A stretch of DNA of 64,000 nucleotides from Acidimicrobiia bacterium (GCA_041576165.1 JBFGLM010000004.1:64001-128000); one strand, 5' to 3'. Counted from the first letter of the stretch, positions 20,499 to 29,969 are shown. The notes: generated by a model not told the origin, from the letters alone. A program made the numbers and translations.

Positions 20499-21479
20499 TT
20501 ACGAGAGCGCCGGCATTACTTCAGACGCGAATCGCCGCAGACCATCAGTGGAAAAGGCCACCTCACCGAAATAGACGATGGCATAGCCGAGCCCGGCGTC
20601 GGACCAGGGCCGTAACCGGTCGATGAGCTGGCCGGGGGTTCCCGCCATCGGGCGGAACGTCCTCTCCACCATATCGACGCGATCTGGCTCGAGCCACTCA
20701 GCATGCCGGTCGCGCATCCAGCGGATGCGCTCCTCGACGTCGGCATCCGTGTCTTCGCATATCACGTCGAAATTGGCCGAGCGGACGATCCGGTCGAAGT
20801 TGGATCCCACTTCGCGGCAATGGCCGGCCAGCACTGCCGATTTGCGGCGGAATTCGTCCACCGTGCCTCCAAAGTTGGTGTAATCGGCGTAGCGGGCGGC
20901 GATTCGTAACGTCAGCTTTTCTCCGCCGCCGGCGATCCAGAGCGGGATGTGCGGATCCTGGCGCGGCTTGGGCTGGCTGATTGCGCCGTTCAGCTGGTAG
21001 TAGCGGCCCTGATAGCTCGCCTCGTCCTCCGTCCACATGGCCCGCATGATCTCAACGCCCTCCTCGAGCATGCCGATGCGGACCGAAGCTTTGGGGAACT
21101 CGTAGCCGTAACCCAGGTACTCGTGTTCATACCAACCGGCACCGATTCCCATCTCGAGCCGGCCGCCGGAGATCACGTCGATCGTCGCCGCCACCTTGGC
21201 GAGGTACGCCGGGGGACGGTACGAGTTGCAGGTGCACATCTGGCCGAGTCGAACGGTATCGGTGGCAGCCGCCAGCGCCGCCATCAGCGACCACGCCTCG
21301 TAGGTGACCTCCTGACTGGGCTCGGGCACCGTGTGGAAATGGTCGTAGACCCAGACCGACTCATAACCCGCTGCCTCGGCGGCACCGGCCACCCCCAGCA
21401 GCACCGGCCAGTGCTCATCGACCGGGAGGCCGGCCAGGTCCATTCTCCAGCCTTGCGGGACAAAGACTCCGAATCTCAT
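20499..21479 (-). CDS. LLM-class F420-dependent oxidoreductase
   Basis: PQGWRMDL, WVYDHFH, RLGQMCTCNSYR, GGGEKLTL. Confidence 0.88.
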   Translation of the reverse strand: MRFGVFVPQGWRMDLAGLPVDEHWPVLLGVAGAAEAAGYESVWVYDHFHTVPEPSQEVTYEAWSLMAALAAATDTVRLGQMCTCNSYRPPAYLAKVAATIDVISGGRLEMGIGAGWYEHEYLGYGYEFPKASVRIGMLEEGVEIMRAMWTEDEASYQGRYYQLNGAISQPKPRQDPHIPLWIAGGGEKLTLRIAARYADYTNFGGTVDEFRRKSAVLAGHCREVGSNFDRIVRSANFDVICEDTDADVEERIRWMRDRHAEWLEPDRVDMVERTFRPMAGTPGQLIDRLRPWSDAGLGYAIVYFGEVAFSTDGLRRFASEVMPALS

Positions 21480-21533
21480 GGACCGGCACCATAGACGGCT
21501 CCTGCCACCACCCGGCTCCCGGGCCGGGCGCCA

Positions 21534-22460
21534 TCAGACCTCGGACGCGGGCAGAGCCACTCTGGCCCGGCGTTCCGCAAGTGACGAAACGGCCACCACT
21601 AACGCCGCCGATACGATGATGAGCACGATCGGAATGCCAACATCTCCGTGCGGCCGGCCGAGCACGGTTGCTCCGAGGCCCGCTTCGTCTCCCAAACCGT
21701 TCGGCCACGGCCATAGAATCCGAATCGATCCCAGCATCAGGCCGATCAGGGCGGCGGTCACCATGTCGTGGTGGCGTTGGAGGACCCGGTCGAGGAATTG
21801 CGAGAAGATCGCAAGGGAGACGACTGCCCCAAGGCCGAACACCGCCAACACGACGGCGTCGCGATCGTTCACGGCTCCGATGACCGGCTGGTACATGCCG
21901 ATCGACAGCAGGAGGAAGGAGCCACTGACTCCCGGCAGAATGAACGCGCAGATCGCCAGGGCCCCCGAGACGAAATACACCGGGAGCGCCGGATCGGAGG
22001 CCAGCGACGACTGGAATCCGAACACGAAGAACGCCACGACTCCCACCCCCCCGGCGACAACCGCATGCGTCGACTCGGGCGATCGAAGGATCCTCCAGGC
22101 CACGACGATGGTGCCCATGATGAGACCCAAGAACACGGCTGCCATTCGGATCGGTTGGTCGTGAAGCAGCCGTTCGATCACCCTGGCCAGCGTCAAAATC
22201 GCGGCGGCCGCCCCCGCGATCAGCGGCAGGAGAAACAGCCAGTCAACTGCGCGTAATCCTTCGAAGCCCCGCCGGATGTCGCCCTTGAGGAAAGCGGCCA
22301 GCGCTTTCGACCCTGTACTGATCGTGCCGACCAAACGCTGATAGATGCCGGTCACCAGGGCGACGGTGCCGCCCGATACGCCCGGCACCACGTCGGCCGA
22401 TCCCATCAGGAATCCCCGGACGGCCACTCCCGCTGCGTCTTTGAGCCGGTTGGCGAGCAT
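21534..22460 (-). CDS. DUF368 membrane protein (undecaprenyl-phosphate translocase family)
   Basis: MGSADVVPGVSGGTVA and ILPGVSGS repeats; multiple TM helices. Confidence 0.88.
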   Translation of the reverse strand: MLANRLKDAAGVAVRGFLMGSADVVPGVSGGTVALVTGIYQRLVGTISTGSKALAAFLKGDIRRGFEGLRAVDWLFLLPLIAGAAAAILTLARVIERLLHDQPIRMAAVFLGLIMGTIVVAWRILRSPESTHAVVAGGVGVVAFFVFGFQSSLASDPALPVYFVSGALAICAFILPGVSGSFLLLSIGMYQPVIGAVNDRDAVVLAVFGLGAVVSLAIFSQFLDRVLQRHHDMVTAALIGLMLGSIRILWPWPNGLGDEAGLGATVLGRPHGDVGIPIVLIIVSAALVVAVSSLAERRARVALPASEV

Positions 22461-22567
22461 CAACACCTCCGCGGGTCGCGATGGCCGCTGCAACCAGAGC
22501 AGAGCGTGGTCATGATGGACCTCTGGGGCCATCCTTTCGCGCCCTGAGTGAAACTTGCTGAGCGTGC

Positions 22568-22596
22568 TTGACCCAATTTTGGAATGCAGTTAGCCT
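22568..22596 (+). promoter_or_regulatory. Sigma70-type promoter of the candidate sRNA
   Basis: TTGACC-N17-TAGCCT. Confidence 0.7.
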
Positions 22597-22600
22597 TTGG

Positions 22601-22763
22601 ACTGTATCGGATCCTTCTTGGTTCCGGTACACCCCCCCAAACCAGCAAGGGGACGCGGGAACGGAAACCCTGGCGCCGTTGCCGGCTAACGCCCCCTTCG
22701 CGCTCTTCCATGAAGAGCAACGAGGCTCCGGTTCGACCCCCTTACCGGAGCCTCGTGGTTTTT
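22601..22763 (+). ncRNA. Candidate structured small RNA with C-rich segments
   Basis: Own promoter; hairpins GTATCGGA/TCCGGTAC, AAGGGG...CCCCTT with inner CGGGAACGG/CCGTTGCCG, GCTCTTC/GAAGAGC; C7 run; terminator; no credible downstream ORF on this strand. Confidence 0.6.
22720..22763 (+). terminator. Intrinsic terminator
   Basis: Perfect 13-bp stem ACGAGGCTCCGGT/ACCGGAGCCTCGT, loop TCGACCCCCTT, then GGTTTTT. Confidence 0.8.
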
Positions 22764-22861
22764 AGCCCCATCCCAGGCCGTGCGTGGCGGTTCGCATCGT
22801 CATGATCTCGGCGGAGTGGTGGGGTCATCGCGCCGTCCCCGCGGTGGCGTCCGTGGCCGGC

Positions 22862-23083
22862 TCATAATGAGCCGGCCCGGACCGTGACCCGCTCCCCTCC
22901 GCCGCCCAAGGCGATCTGCGGGTTGTCGCCCCAGCGTGGACGTCCGAACAGGATGGCATGGGCCACTTCGATGGCCGGAATGTCATAGCTGCCCTCGGCG
23001 ACCCGGCGCGCCAGATGCGCCACCCGTCGTTCGCGCCAGGTCGTCGGGGCCTTTTCGCTATCCGGCTGCTCGTCTGCTCTCAT
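22862..23083 (-). CDS. Small protein with FlgM-like (anti-sigma28) C-terminal motif
   Basis: RERRVAHLARRVAEGSYDIPAIEVAHAIL resembles the FlgM pattern R-x-x-(K/R)V-x-x-(L/I)-x-x-x-(I/V)-x-x-G-x-Y-x-(V/I)-x-x-x-x-(I/V)A-x-x-(L/I)L; start could also be GTG 23092/23095. Confidence 0.65.
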   Translation of the reverse strand: MRADEQPDSEKAPTTWRERRVAHLARRVAEGSYDIPAIEVAHAILFGRPRWGDNPQIALGGGGERVTVRAGSL

Positions 23084-23104
23084 CCGTTTCACCACTCTGG
23101 GTGG

Positions 23105-23132
23105 TTATCGACGGGTCAGCGGTCTAATTTGA
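23105..23132 (-). promoter_or_regulatory. Putative sigma28/WhiG-type promoter of the FlgM-like gene
   Basis: Minus strand TCAAA-N15-GTCGATAA. Confidence 0.55.
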
Positions 23133-23165
23133 GCACGTATTACCACCGAACGTGGCTAATGCGCT

Positions 23166-24236
23166 TCATACCGAGAATCTGACGAGCACCGCGTCGCCGG
23201 GTCGCACGCGGTAGTCCTTCCCCTCGACCCTGATATGGCCCAGTTTCTTGGCGGCGTCCCAACCACCATCTGCAATGACGGTGTCAATCTGTGCCACTTC
23301 TGCCCGGATGAAACCCCGCTGCAGGTCGGAATGGACCTTGCCCGCGGCCTCCGGAGCAGTGGCGCCGGCCTCCACTGTCCAGGCATGCGCTTCCTTCGGT
23401 CCGAGCGTGTAGAACGTGATCAAACCCAGCGCCGCGTGGGTTGCCTGCACGATCCGCATGCGGGCTCCCTCTCCCAGACCGAACTCGGCAAACAACTCCT
23501 GGCGGTCGGCCGGGGCGAGTTCCGCCGCCTCCGCCTCCAGCCGGGCCGACAGCGCCACCACAGTGTCCCCCGCCGGGACGACCCGTTCGACGGCCTCGAG
23601 CAGCGATGCCGGGTCGTCGCCCTCATCGAAGTTGACCACCCACACGGCCGGTTTCAGGGTGAGCGGCGCGAGGTCGCGAAAGGCCTGGCGCTCCTGGTCG
23701 GACCACGAGTGTGCACGCAGGAGACTGCCTTCTTCGAGCAGCGCAGTCGCCCGCCCGACGGCGGCCGCGGCTGGTTTCTTGGACGGATCCGCCGTGGCTT
23801 CCTTGGCGATCCGCTCGCGGCGTCTTTCGAACACCTCGAAGTCGGCCAGCGTCAGCTCCACCAGAAGCTCTTCGGCCTGCGCCACCGGGTCGACCCCACC
23901 GACCTCGGGGGGAACCGATTCGTCGTGGAAGGCACGGAGAACCATCGCCAGCGCGTCCATCTCCCGCAGGCGTCCGATGAACTGCGTGCCAAGCCCCTCC
24001 CCCGCCTTGGCCACGGCTGGCAAGTCGAGGACTTCCAGGGTTGTGAAGACAGTCTTGGCCGAACCCTCAACCCGGGCTGCAGCCAGCAACATCTCATCCA
24101 CGACCTCGGCCACGCCGACGTTGGGCTCCGTCGTGGAGTACGGGTGAGGTGCGGTGGGTGCCAGCAAGCCGGTCAGCGCGTTGAAGAGGCTGGTCTTTCC
24201 GGTATTGGGGAACCCGACGATACCTATCCGTGCCAC
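23166..24236 (-). CDS. ychF: YchF/Ola1-family P-loop NTPase (divergent)
   Basis: GIVGFPNTGKTSLFNALT, TTEPNVG, AAGKVHSDLQRGFIRAEV, EGKDY. Confidence 0.88.
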   Translation of the reverse strand: MARIGIVGFPNTGKTSLFNALTGLLAPTAPHPYSTTEPNVGVAEVVDEMLLAAARVEGSAKTVFTTLEVLDLPAVAKAGEGLGTQFIGRLREMDALAMVLRAFHDESVPPEVGGVDPVAQAEELLVELTLADFEVFERRRERIAKEATADPSKKPAAAAVGRATALLEEGSLLRAHSWSDQERQAFRDLAPLTLKPAVWVVNFDEGDDPASLLEAVERVVPAGDTVVALSARLEAEAAELAPADRQELFAEFGLGEGARMRIVQATHAALGLITFYTLGPKEAHAWTVEAGATAPEAAGKVHSDLQRGFIRAEVAQIDTVIADGGWDAAKKLGHIRVEGKDYRVRPGDAVLVRFSV

Positions 24237-24319
24237 GGCCGCAGGAGCATAGCTTTTCGCGGCGGGCGGATTCGGGGCTGGGTGCTGCCCGTCGCTGCCG
24301 CAGTCGCTACTGTCGAGGT

Positions 24320-25327
24320 ATGCGGGTGGCGGTCATCGGGTCGGGCTCGTGGGGCACCGCAGTGGCGGCCCTGGCAGCTCATAACAGCGACGTGGTGCTG
24401 TGGGCGCGCCGCCCTGAGCTGGCTACTGCAATCGCCGCCACCCAGGAGAATCCGGACTACCTGGCCGGCATCCGGTTGCCCCCACTCGAGACGACCGCCG
24501 ATCTTGAGGCTGCGATCGCGGGAGCCGACGTGGTCGTGATGGGGGTTCCGTCCCACGGCTACCGAGCCGTGCTACAGGAGGCCGAGCCCGCGTTCAGACC
24601 CACCACACCGATCATCAGCCTCACCAAGGGGATCGAGCAGAACTCTCATTTGCGCATGACCCAGGTCACGACGGACGTGCTGGAGCTTCACGATCCGACG
24701 AGGATCGGAGTTCTGTCTGGGCCAAACCTGGCCCGGGAAGTGGCACTTGGTCAGCCTGCCGCCACCGTGATCGCCATGCCCGATATGGCGCTCGCCCGGG
24801 AGATGCAGCAGGTCTTCATGACCCCCACGTTCCGCGTGTACACCAACCCGGATGTGGTTGGTGCCGAGATGGCAGGAGCGCTCAAAAACGTCATGGCGAT
24901 CGCCGCCGGAATCGTCCGCGGGCTCGAATTCGGGATGAACACGCTCGCCGCATTGGTCACGCGCGCGTTGGCGGAATTGACCAGGCTCGGGATCGCGATG
25001 GGTGGCCAACCACTTACGTTTGGCGGGCTCGCCGGCATCGGCGACCTCATGGCCACCTGCTCCAGCGCCGAGAGCCGCAACAACCGGGTGGGCTACGAAC
25101 TCGGTCGGGGGCGGCCGCTCGAGGACGTCGTGTCTGAAATGCAGATGGTCGCCGAAGGTGTGAAGACCACCGCCGCGGTTCTGGCTCTGGCCGCCGAGCA
25201 CGAGATCGAGATGCCCATCGCCGAAGCGGTGGGTCGCGTGTTGCACGAAGGCGAGGATCCGCGAGACGCGATCGCCCGGCTCATGACTCGCGAAGCCAAG
25301 CCCGAGGGACACGGCATCGTCATCTGA
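24320..25327 (+). CDS. gpsA: NAD(P)H-dependent glycerol-3-phosphate dehydrogenase
   Basis: GSGSWGTA, TKGIE, SGPNLA, GALKNV, SRN, AEGV. Confidence 0.95.
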   Translation: MRVAVIGSGSWGTAVAALAAHNSDVVLWARRPELATAIAATQENPDYLAGIRLPPLETTADLEAAIAGADVVVMGVPSHGYRAVLQEAEPAFRPTTPIISLTKGIEQNSHLRMTQVTTDVLELHDPTRIGVLSGPNLAREVALGQPAATVIAMPDMALAREMQQVFMTPTFRVYTNPDVVGAEMAGALKNVMAIAAGIVRGLEFGMNTLAALVTRALAELTRLGIAMGGQPLTFGGLAGIGDLMATCSSAESRNNRVGYELGRGRPLEDVVSEMQMVAEGVKTTAAVLALAAEHEIEMPIAEAVGRVLHEGEDPRDAIARLMTREAKPEGHGIVI

Positions 25328-25392
25328 GGCCCAGCAGCAATCTCGCCTGTTGCGAACGCCAGCCTGGCGGGGGATCCGTCTATGGTCGCGGC

Positions 25393-26082
25393 ATGGCGCC
25401 GCGCACCGACTGGAACCCGCTGCTTCGAGCCGAGCTGGAGGAGCCTTACTGGCAGGAGTTGATGAATTTCGTGGCGCAGGAGCGGGCCCGTGGACCGGTC
25501 TATCCGCCGCCCGACGAGGTGTTCGCCGCACTGCATTTGACTGCGTACGGCTCGGTGAAGGTCCTGATCCTGGGCCAGGACCCGTACCACGGTCCGAACC
25601 AGGCTCACGGTCTGTGCTTCTCCGTCCGACCCGGAGTACCGAAGCCTCCCTCGCTCGAGAACATTCACCGCGAACTCAATACCGATCTCGGTTGCCAGAT
25701 CCCAACCCACGGTTCTCTAGAAGCCTGGGCGCGCCGGGGAGTGCTGCTGCTCAATGCCACGCTGACCGTGCGGGCCCGTCAAGCCGCCAGCCACCAGAAC
25801 AAGGGCTGGGAGACCTTTACCGACCGGGTCATTCGGGTCGTCAACGAAAAACCGGAACGCGTCGTTTTCATCCTTTGGGGATCGTCAGCTCGCAGGAAGA
25901 AGGCGTTGGTCAACCGATCCCGTCATACGGTGATCGAGTCGGCCCATCCCTCGCCGCTTTCAGCCCACCGGGGCTTCTTCGGCAGCCGGCCGTTCTCCCG
26001 CGCCAATCGCGCCTTACAAGACGGGGGACGTGACCCCATCGACTGGTGCATTCCTGAGCAAACGTCACTCAGCGGCGGTTAG
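25393..26082 (+). CDS. ung: Uracil-DNA glycosylase (family 1)
   Basis: GQDPYH, GLCFSV, GVLLLN, HPSPLS. Confidence 0.96.
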   Translation: MAPRTDWNPLLRAELEEPYWQELMNFVAQERARGPVYPPPDEVFAALHLTAYGSVKVLILGQDPYHGPNQAHGLCFSVRPGVPKPPSLENIHRELNTDLGCQIPTHGSLEAWARRGVLLLNATLTVRARQAASHQNKGWETFTDRVIRVVNEKPERVVFILWGSSARRKKALVNRSRHTVIESAHPSPLSAHRGFFGSRPFSRANRALQDGGRDPIDWCIPEQTSLSGG

Positions 26083-26130
26083 TTGGAACCGCGTTCCGAC
26101 AGCATTCGGCGACCCGTATAGTTGAGATGG

Positions 26131-26421
26131 ATGGCTGGACAGCCCCGCACGCGATCGACTCACAATCGATCGTCACGAACTGTTGAACGTCAGGCAAGCG
26201 TTCCCACCGCCACTTCTCTGTTCGTCTTCCACGTCATCGACGCAGTGATGCTGATGGCCTCCCTCTTCGTCACCCTGGCTTCGATCCTGTATGTGGCCGG
26301 CGCCATCGGGCGGGGATGGTCAGGGAGAGCCGGTGGCGGTGGTGGGCTGGTAGCCGCGCTGCTGCTGTCTCTGGCCGGTAGGTGGCTGATGTCCGAGTAT
26401 CAGGTGAAACGGGGACGGTGA
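26131..26421 (+). CDS. Small hypothetical membrane protein
   Basis: Two hydrophobic segments; ATG 8 nt after TATAGT (26117-26122). Confidence 0.55.
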   Translation: MAGQPRTRSTHNRSSRTVERQASVPTATSLFVFHVIDAVMLMASLFVTLASILYVAGAIGRGWSGRAGGGGGLVAALLLSLAGRWLMSEYQVKRGR

Positions 26422-26580
26422 CACCCTCGGTGACGTCGGGCTCCCGACCGAGAGCCGGGGCACACGATTTACGGTTGCATTGGGTTCGGGTACCGTTTAC
26501 GTTTACGAGGGGAAATTGTCGTAAATGAGTCATTTCAGACCAAGCCCAATTGCCGTGTGCGCCTTAGGTTCGGCCGGCTA

Positions 26581-28284
26581 ATGCCGAATCTGTACAACTC
26601 CGAACTCCAGTACCACTTCGCGCGCATGGACCTGACCGACGCGACGGCCGTGTTGGAGCACGATTACACCGATCCGGGCGGCCCTGCTTCCTACGACGAC
26701 GCCCTCGAAATGTACGAGTCGGCGTTGGGACTCGTAGGCGACATCGCCGGAAACTTCATTCAGCCCAGAGCGGCTGCCGTCGATCGTAAGGGAGCGACTC
26801 TCGCCGATGGCGTCGTGACCTATCCGCCGGAGTCCATCGAGTCCTATCGGCGGCTGTCCGACGCAGGGTTCGCCGGCGTGATCCTCCCCCGCCGCTTTGG
26901 CGGCCTCAACTTCCCCGCCTCGGTCTACGTGATGATGATCGAGATGGTATCCCAGGCGGACGCATCTCTGATGACGCTGTTCGGGTATCAGGACATCGGA
27001 GAAGCAATCGCCCAGCTCGCACCTGAGGAAGTGGCGGCGACGTATCTCCCCGGGTATGCATCTGGAGAGGACATCGCGGCCATGGTGATGACCGAACCCG
27101 GCGCCGGGTCCGACCTTGCCAGTATCGGCTTGAAGGCCTGCCAGGATGACGAGGGACGGTGGCGTCTCAGGGGCGTCAAGCAGTTCATCTCGAACGGCAA
27201 TGGCGACCTGCTCCTCGTGCTGGCACGGTCGGAAGATGACGTCGAGGGCGTCCTCGGCCTGAGCCTCTTCGCATGCCCGGGAGGTGAGCACGTACGGGTG
27301 ATGCGAATAGAAGAAAAGATGGGACTGCACGGCTCCCCGACCTGCGAACTCTATTTCGACGACGCCCCGGCAGTCCTGATCGGGAAGCGCCGCCAAGGCC
27401 TGATCCACGTGCTAGCGATGCTGAACCATGCACGGTTCAGCGTGGCCGCGCAGGCGCTGGGCATCGCCCAAGCGGCGTATGAGGACGCGCTTGCCTGGGC
27501 TCAGCAGCGCCGCCAGTTCGGCAAGACCATCATCGACATTCCGCCGGTCGCCAACATGCTCCTGGATATGGCCGCCACGCTGCAGGGGTGCCGCTCGATG
27601 TTGTACGCCGGCACCCAATGGCTCGACCTTCGCAACAAGCTGGAAGAGAAGATCGAACGGATGGAGGCGGCGCAACACACGCCGTCCTCCGAGCTACGGG
27701 CACGATTCAGGTACGCCGTCAACGTGGTGAATCTGCTGTCACCGGCCGTGAAATACCACATCAGCGAGGCGGCCAACCGTCTGTGCTACGACGCCCAACA
27801 GGTGCACGGCGGCATGGGCTACATGCGTAAGGTCTCGGCCGAGCGCTACGTGCGGGACGTCCGCGTGACGACCATCTACGAAGGCACGTCGCAGGTACTG
27901 ATCGGATCGGCGCTCGAACATGTGCTCGCCGACACACTCAATGAAGAATTCGCGCGCCTGTCCGACCTCGAAGTCCCCGAGGAGCTCGCCGACCTCGTGA
28001 AGGACGCCGAACGGATCCGCTCGAACTTCGACGCTGCGGCGGCCGAGCTGCGGGCGCGGGGCGATGAGACATACCGGCGGGCCGCGGGCAAGGATCTGGT
28101 CGACATGTACCTCAGTGTCTACCAAGCGTATCTGCTCCTGACCGAGGCAATCGACTCGCCCCACAAGGTTCAGGTTGCCCGTCGGTTGGTACGGGACAGC
28201 GTGGCAGAATCCGCTGCTCGCCTCGGCCGGATCGAAGCCGGGGTCTATGAGGATGTCGCTACCGCCCGTGACGTTTTGATTTGA
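26581..28284 (+). CDS. Long-type acyl-CoA dehydrogenase
   Basis: MTEPGAGSD, GVKQFISNG, EEKMGLHGSPTCE, QVHGGMGY, TIYEGTSQ. Confidence 0.92.
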   Translation: MPNLYNSELQYHFARMDLTDATAVLEHDYTDPGGPASYDDALEMYESALGLVGDIAGNFIQPRAAAVDRKGATLADGVVTYPPESIESYRRLSDAGFAGVILPRRFGGLNFPASVYVMMIEMVSQADASLMTLFGYQDIGEAIAQLAPEEVAATYLPGYASGEDIAAMVMTEPGAGSDLASIGLKACQDDEGRWRLRGVKQFISNGNGDLLLVLARSEDDVEGVLGLSLFACPGGEHVRVMRIEEKMGLHGSPTCELYFDDAPAVLIGKRRQGLIHVLAMLNHARFSVAAQALGIAQAAYEDALAWAQQRRQFGKTIIDIPPVANMLLDMAATLQGCRSMLYAGTQWLDLRNKLEEKIERMEAAQHTPSSELRARFRYAVNVVNLLSPAVKYHISEAANRLCYDAQQVHGGMGYMRKVSAERYVRDVRVTTIYEGTSQVLIGSALEHVLADTLNEEFARLSDLEVPEELADLVKDAERIRSNFDAAAAELRARGDETYRRAAGKDLVDMYLSVYQAYLLLTEAIDSPHKVQVARRLVRDSVAESAARLGRIEAGVYEDVATARDVLI

Positions 28285-28305
28285 CCGTTTCTACCGGAGA
28301 ACCTG

Positions 28306-28332
28306 TGTAACACCTCGGGCCCGGTTCTCGTC
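28306..28332 (+). promoter_or_regulatory. ECF-type autoregulatory promoter
   Basis: TGTAAC-N17-CGTC directly upstream of the ECF sigma gene. Confidence 0.7.
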
Positions 28333-28367
28333 TCTTCTATGACGAGAATCGGAGGCACAGGAGACGT

Positions 28368-28841
28368 GTGGCAAGCCGTTTCAACATCGAATCGTTCTAT
28401 CGCGATCACGGTGACGCAGTGTTCGCGTTCCTCGTGGCACTCACCCGCAACCGGTCTACCGCGGAGGATTTGATGCAGGACACCTTCGTCAAAGCGACCC
28501 GCACGCTGGCCGGGTTTCGAGGCGGAAGTCCCCGTGCCTGGCTGTTCGCGATAGCCCGGTCGGTCTTCATCGACCAGGTGAGACGAACCCGCGAAACAGC
28601 AGCGCTGGACGTGGATGCCGAAGCGGGGCTCGAATCTGATCTGTCGGAACGCGACGCCATCAACCGGGCGCTGGAAGCGTTGTCGGAGCGGCAACGCAGC
28701 GCGCTGCTGCTCTCAGATCACTTGGGCATGTCCGCCCCCGAGGTTGCCGAAGTGCTGGCGATCTCGCCGGGAGCAGCCCGAGTTCTCATACACCGGGCGC
28801 GCCTCGCCTTCCGCACTGCATATGAACAGGATGACCGATGA
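28368..28841 (+). CDS. ECF RNA polymerase sigma factor
   Basis: AEDLMQDTF, RAWLFAIAR (region 2); LSERQR...EVAEVL...IHRAR (region 4). Confidence 0.92.
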   Translation: MASRFNIESFYRDHGDAVFAFLVALTRNRSTAEDLMQDTFVKATRTLAGFRGGSPRAWLFAIARSVFIDQVRRTRETAALDVDAEAGLESDLSERDAINRALEALSERQRSALLLSDHLGMSAPEVAEVLAISPGAARVLIHRARLAFRTAYEQDDR

Positions 28842-29962
28842 CACACCGCGACATACAAGACCTACTGGAGGACTTCGTGGACGAGCGGCTCGATCGCCCG
28901 ACTCGCAAGTCCGTATCCGATCACCTCGCATACTGCGATGAGTGCCGCGCCGTTCTCGACGGCGTGGCGCCGGTCGATCTCGGCCCCCTCGCGGACGGGG
29001 TGTGGGATGAACGCGCCATGCGTCGGGCGGTGCGGCGATCGATTCTGCGCACGGCGTTGAATACGGCAGGTCTGCTGCTGGTCGCGTGGCTGGTCGTGAC
29101 GACTGTCTCGGCGCTGGTGGCTCAGCCACTGCTAGTCAACCGGAATGGCCGAGCCACTGCCGCTACCGTGGCAACTGCCGACCTGGCGGTGCTGTTCAAT
29201 CCCGGTACGGCAGTCGACGACTACGAGTATGACTCGGGGCTCCTGTCCCGGCGCTCGTCCGCTCACGTGGTGATGCCGGTGGGCGCCGACCTCGTTGACG
29301 TCGGCTCGCTCGTAACTCGGATCACCCTGACGGGCTTTGGGGCGGACGACGGAGGCCCGGTCCTGCCGTTCCTGGGGCATCAGCAAGGGGGCGGGGCGGG
29401 GCTGGATGAGCACCTCCAAGCTATTGGCGACAACACAGTGGCCACCGTGGAGCTGTTCTTCGACGACCCGCTCGACATCGAGGCAGCACAGCGGCTGGCA
29501 GACGGCCCGCACGATGTGCGTGTGGTGTGGGCCGGCTTCGCGGTCGACAGCCCCGGCGCCGCCCCGCTGCAGAACGCGACCGGACCGGCTGGATTGGGTT
29601 ATGGCACTTGTGGCGCGAGCCTGATCGATCCCGACTCGCTCGGTTCGGGAGGCGGCGGCGGGAGCAGCTCCGTATTCGATCTGCCGCCATCTTTCGAGGG
29701 GGCACGCACCGAAACCCTCCGGGCGCTGGACAACCTCGTCGAGCATGGTGAGCTGATCGACGGCTTGTTCGATTCGGGCCTCACCGATGACGTTTTCGCC
29801 GCAGCGGCCGGCGAGATCGCCGAGCACGGTCGGGTGGCGTCACTTGTCGTCACCGGACCGGCACCCGACCTCAGAGAGTTCATTGCATCGGCCGGGCCCG
29901 ATTTCGGCGCCGTTCGGCAGGTCGAGTTCACCAACTGGTTCACACCCCTTTGTGGGAGATAG
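28838..29962 (+). CDS. Zinc-finger (HxxxCxxC) membrane-anchored anti-sigma factor
   Basis: HLAYCDEC, one TM helix, large extracytoplasmic region; ATGA-coupled to the sigma gene. Confidence 0.85.
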   Translation: MTHRDIQDLLEDFVDERLDRPTRKSVSDHLAYCDECRAVLDGVAPVDLGPLADGVWDERAMRRAVRRSILRTALNTAGLLLVAWLVVTTVSALVAQPLLVNRNGRATAATVATADLAVLFNPGTAVDDYEYDSGLLSRRSSAHVVMPVGADLVDVGSLVTRITLTGFGADDGGPVLPFLGHQQGGGAGLDEHLQAIGDNTVATVELFFDDPLDIEAAQRLADGPHDVRVVWAGFAVDSPGAAPLQNATGPAGLGYGTCGASLIDPDSLGSGGGGGSSSVFDLPPSFEGARTETLRALDNLVEHGELIDGLFDSGLTDDVFAAAAGEIAEHGRVASLVVTGPAPDLREFIASAGPDFGAVRQVEFTNWFTPLCGR

Positions 29963-29969
29963 GCAAGTC

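Noticed and set aside
22568-22765. 65-aa ORF over the candidate sRNA
   Set aside because: Its TTG start is the -35 box itself, there is no RBS, and dense hairpins plus a terminator fit an RNA better.
26525-26581. 18-codon uORF (MSHFRPSPIAVCALGSAG) with TAATG overlap to the acyl-CoA dehydrogenase
   Set aside because: No regulatory codon run or attenuator structure seen; could easily be chance.
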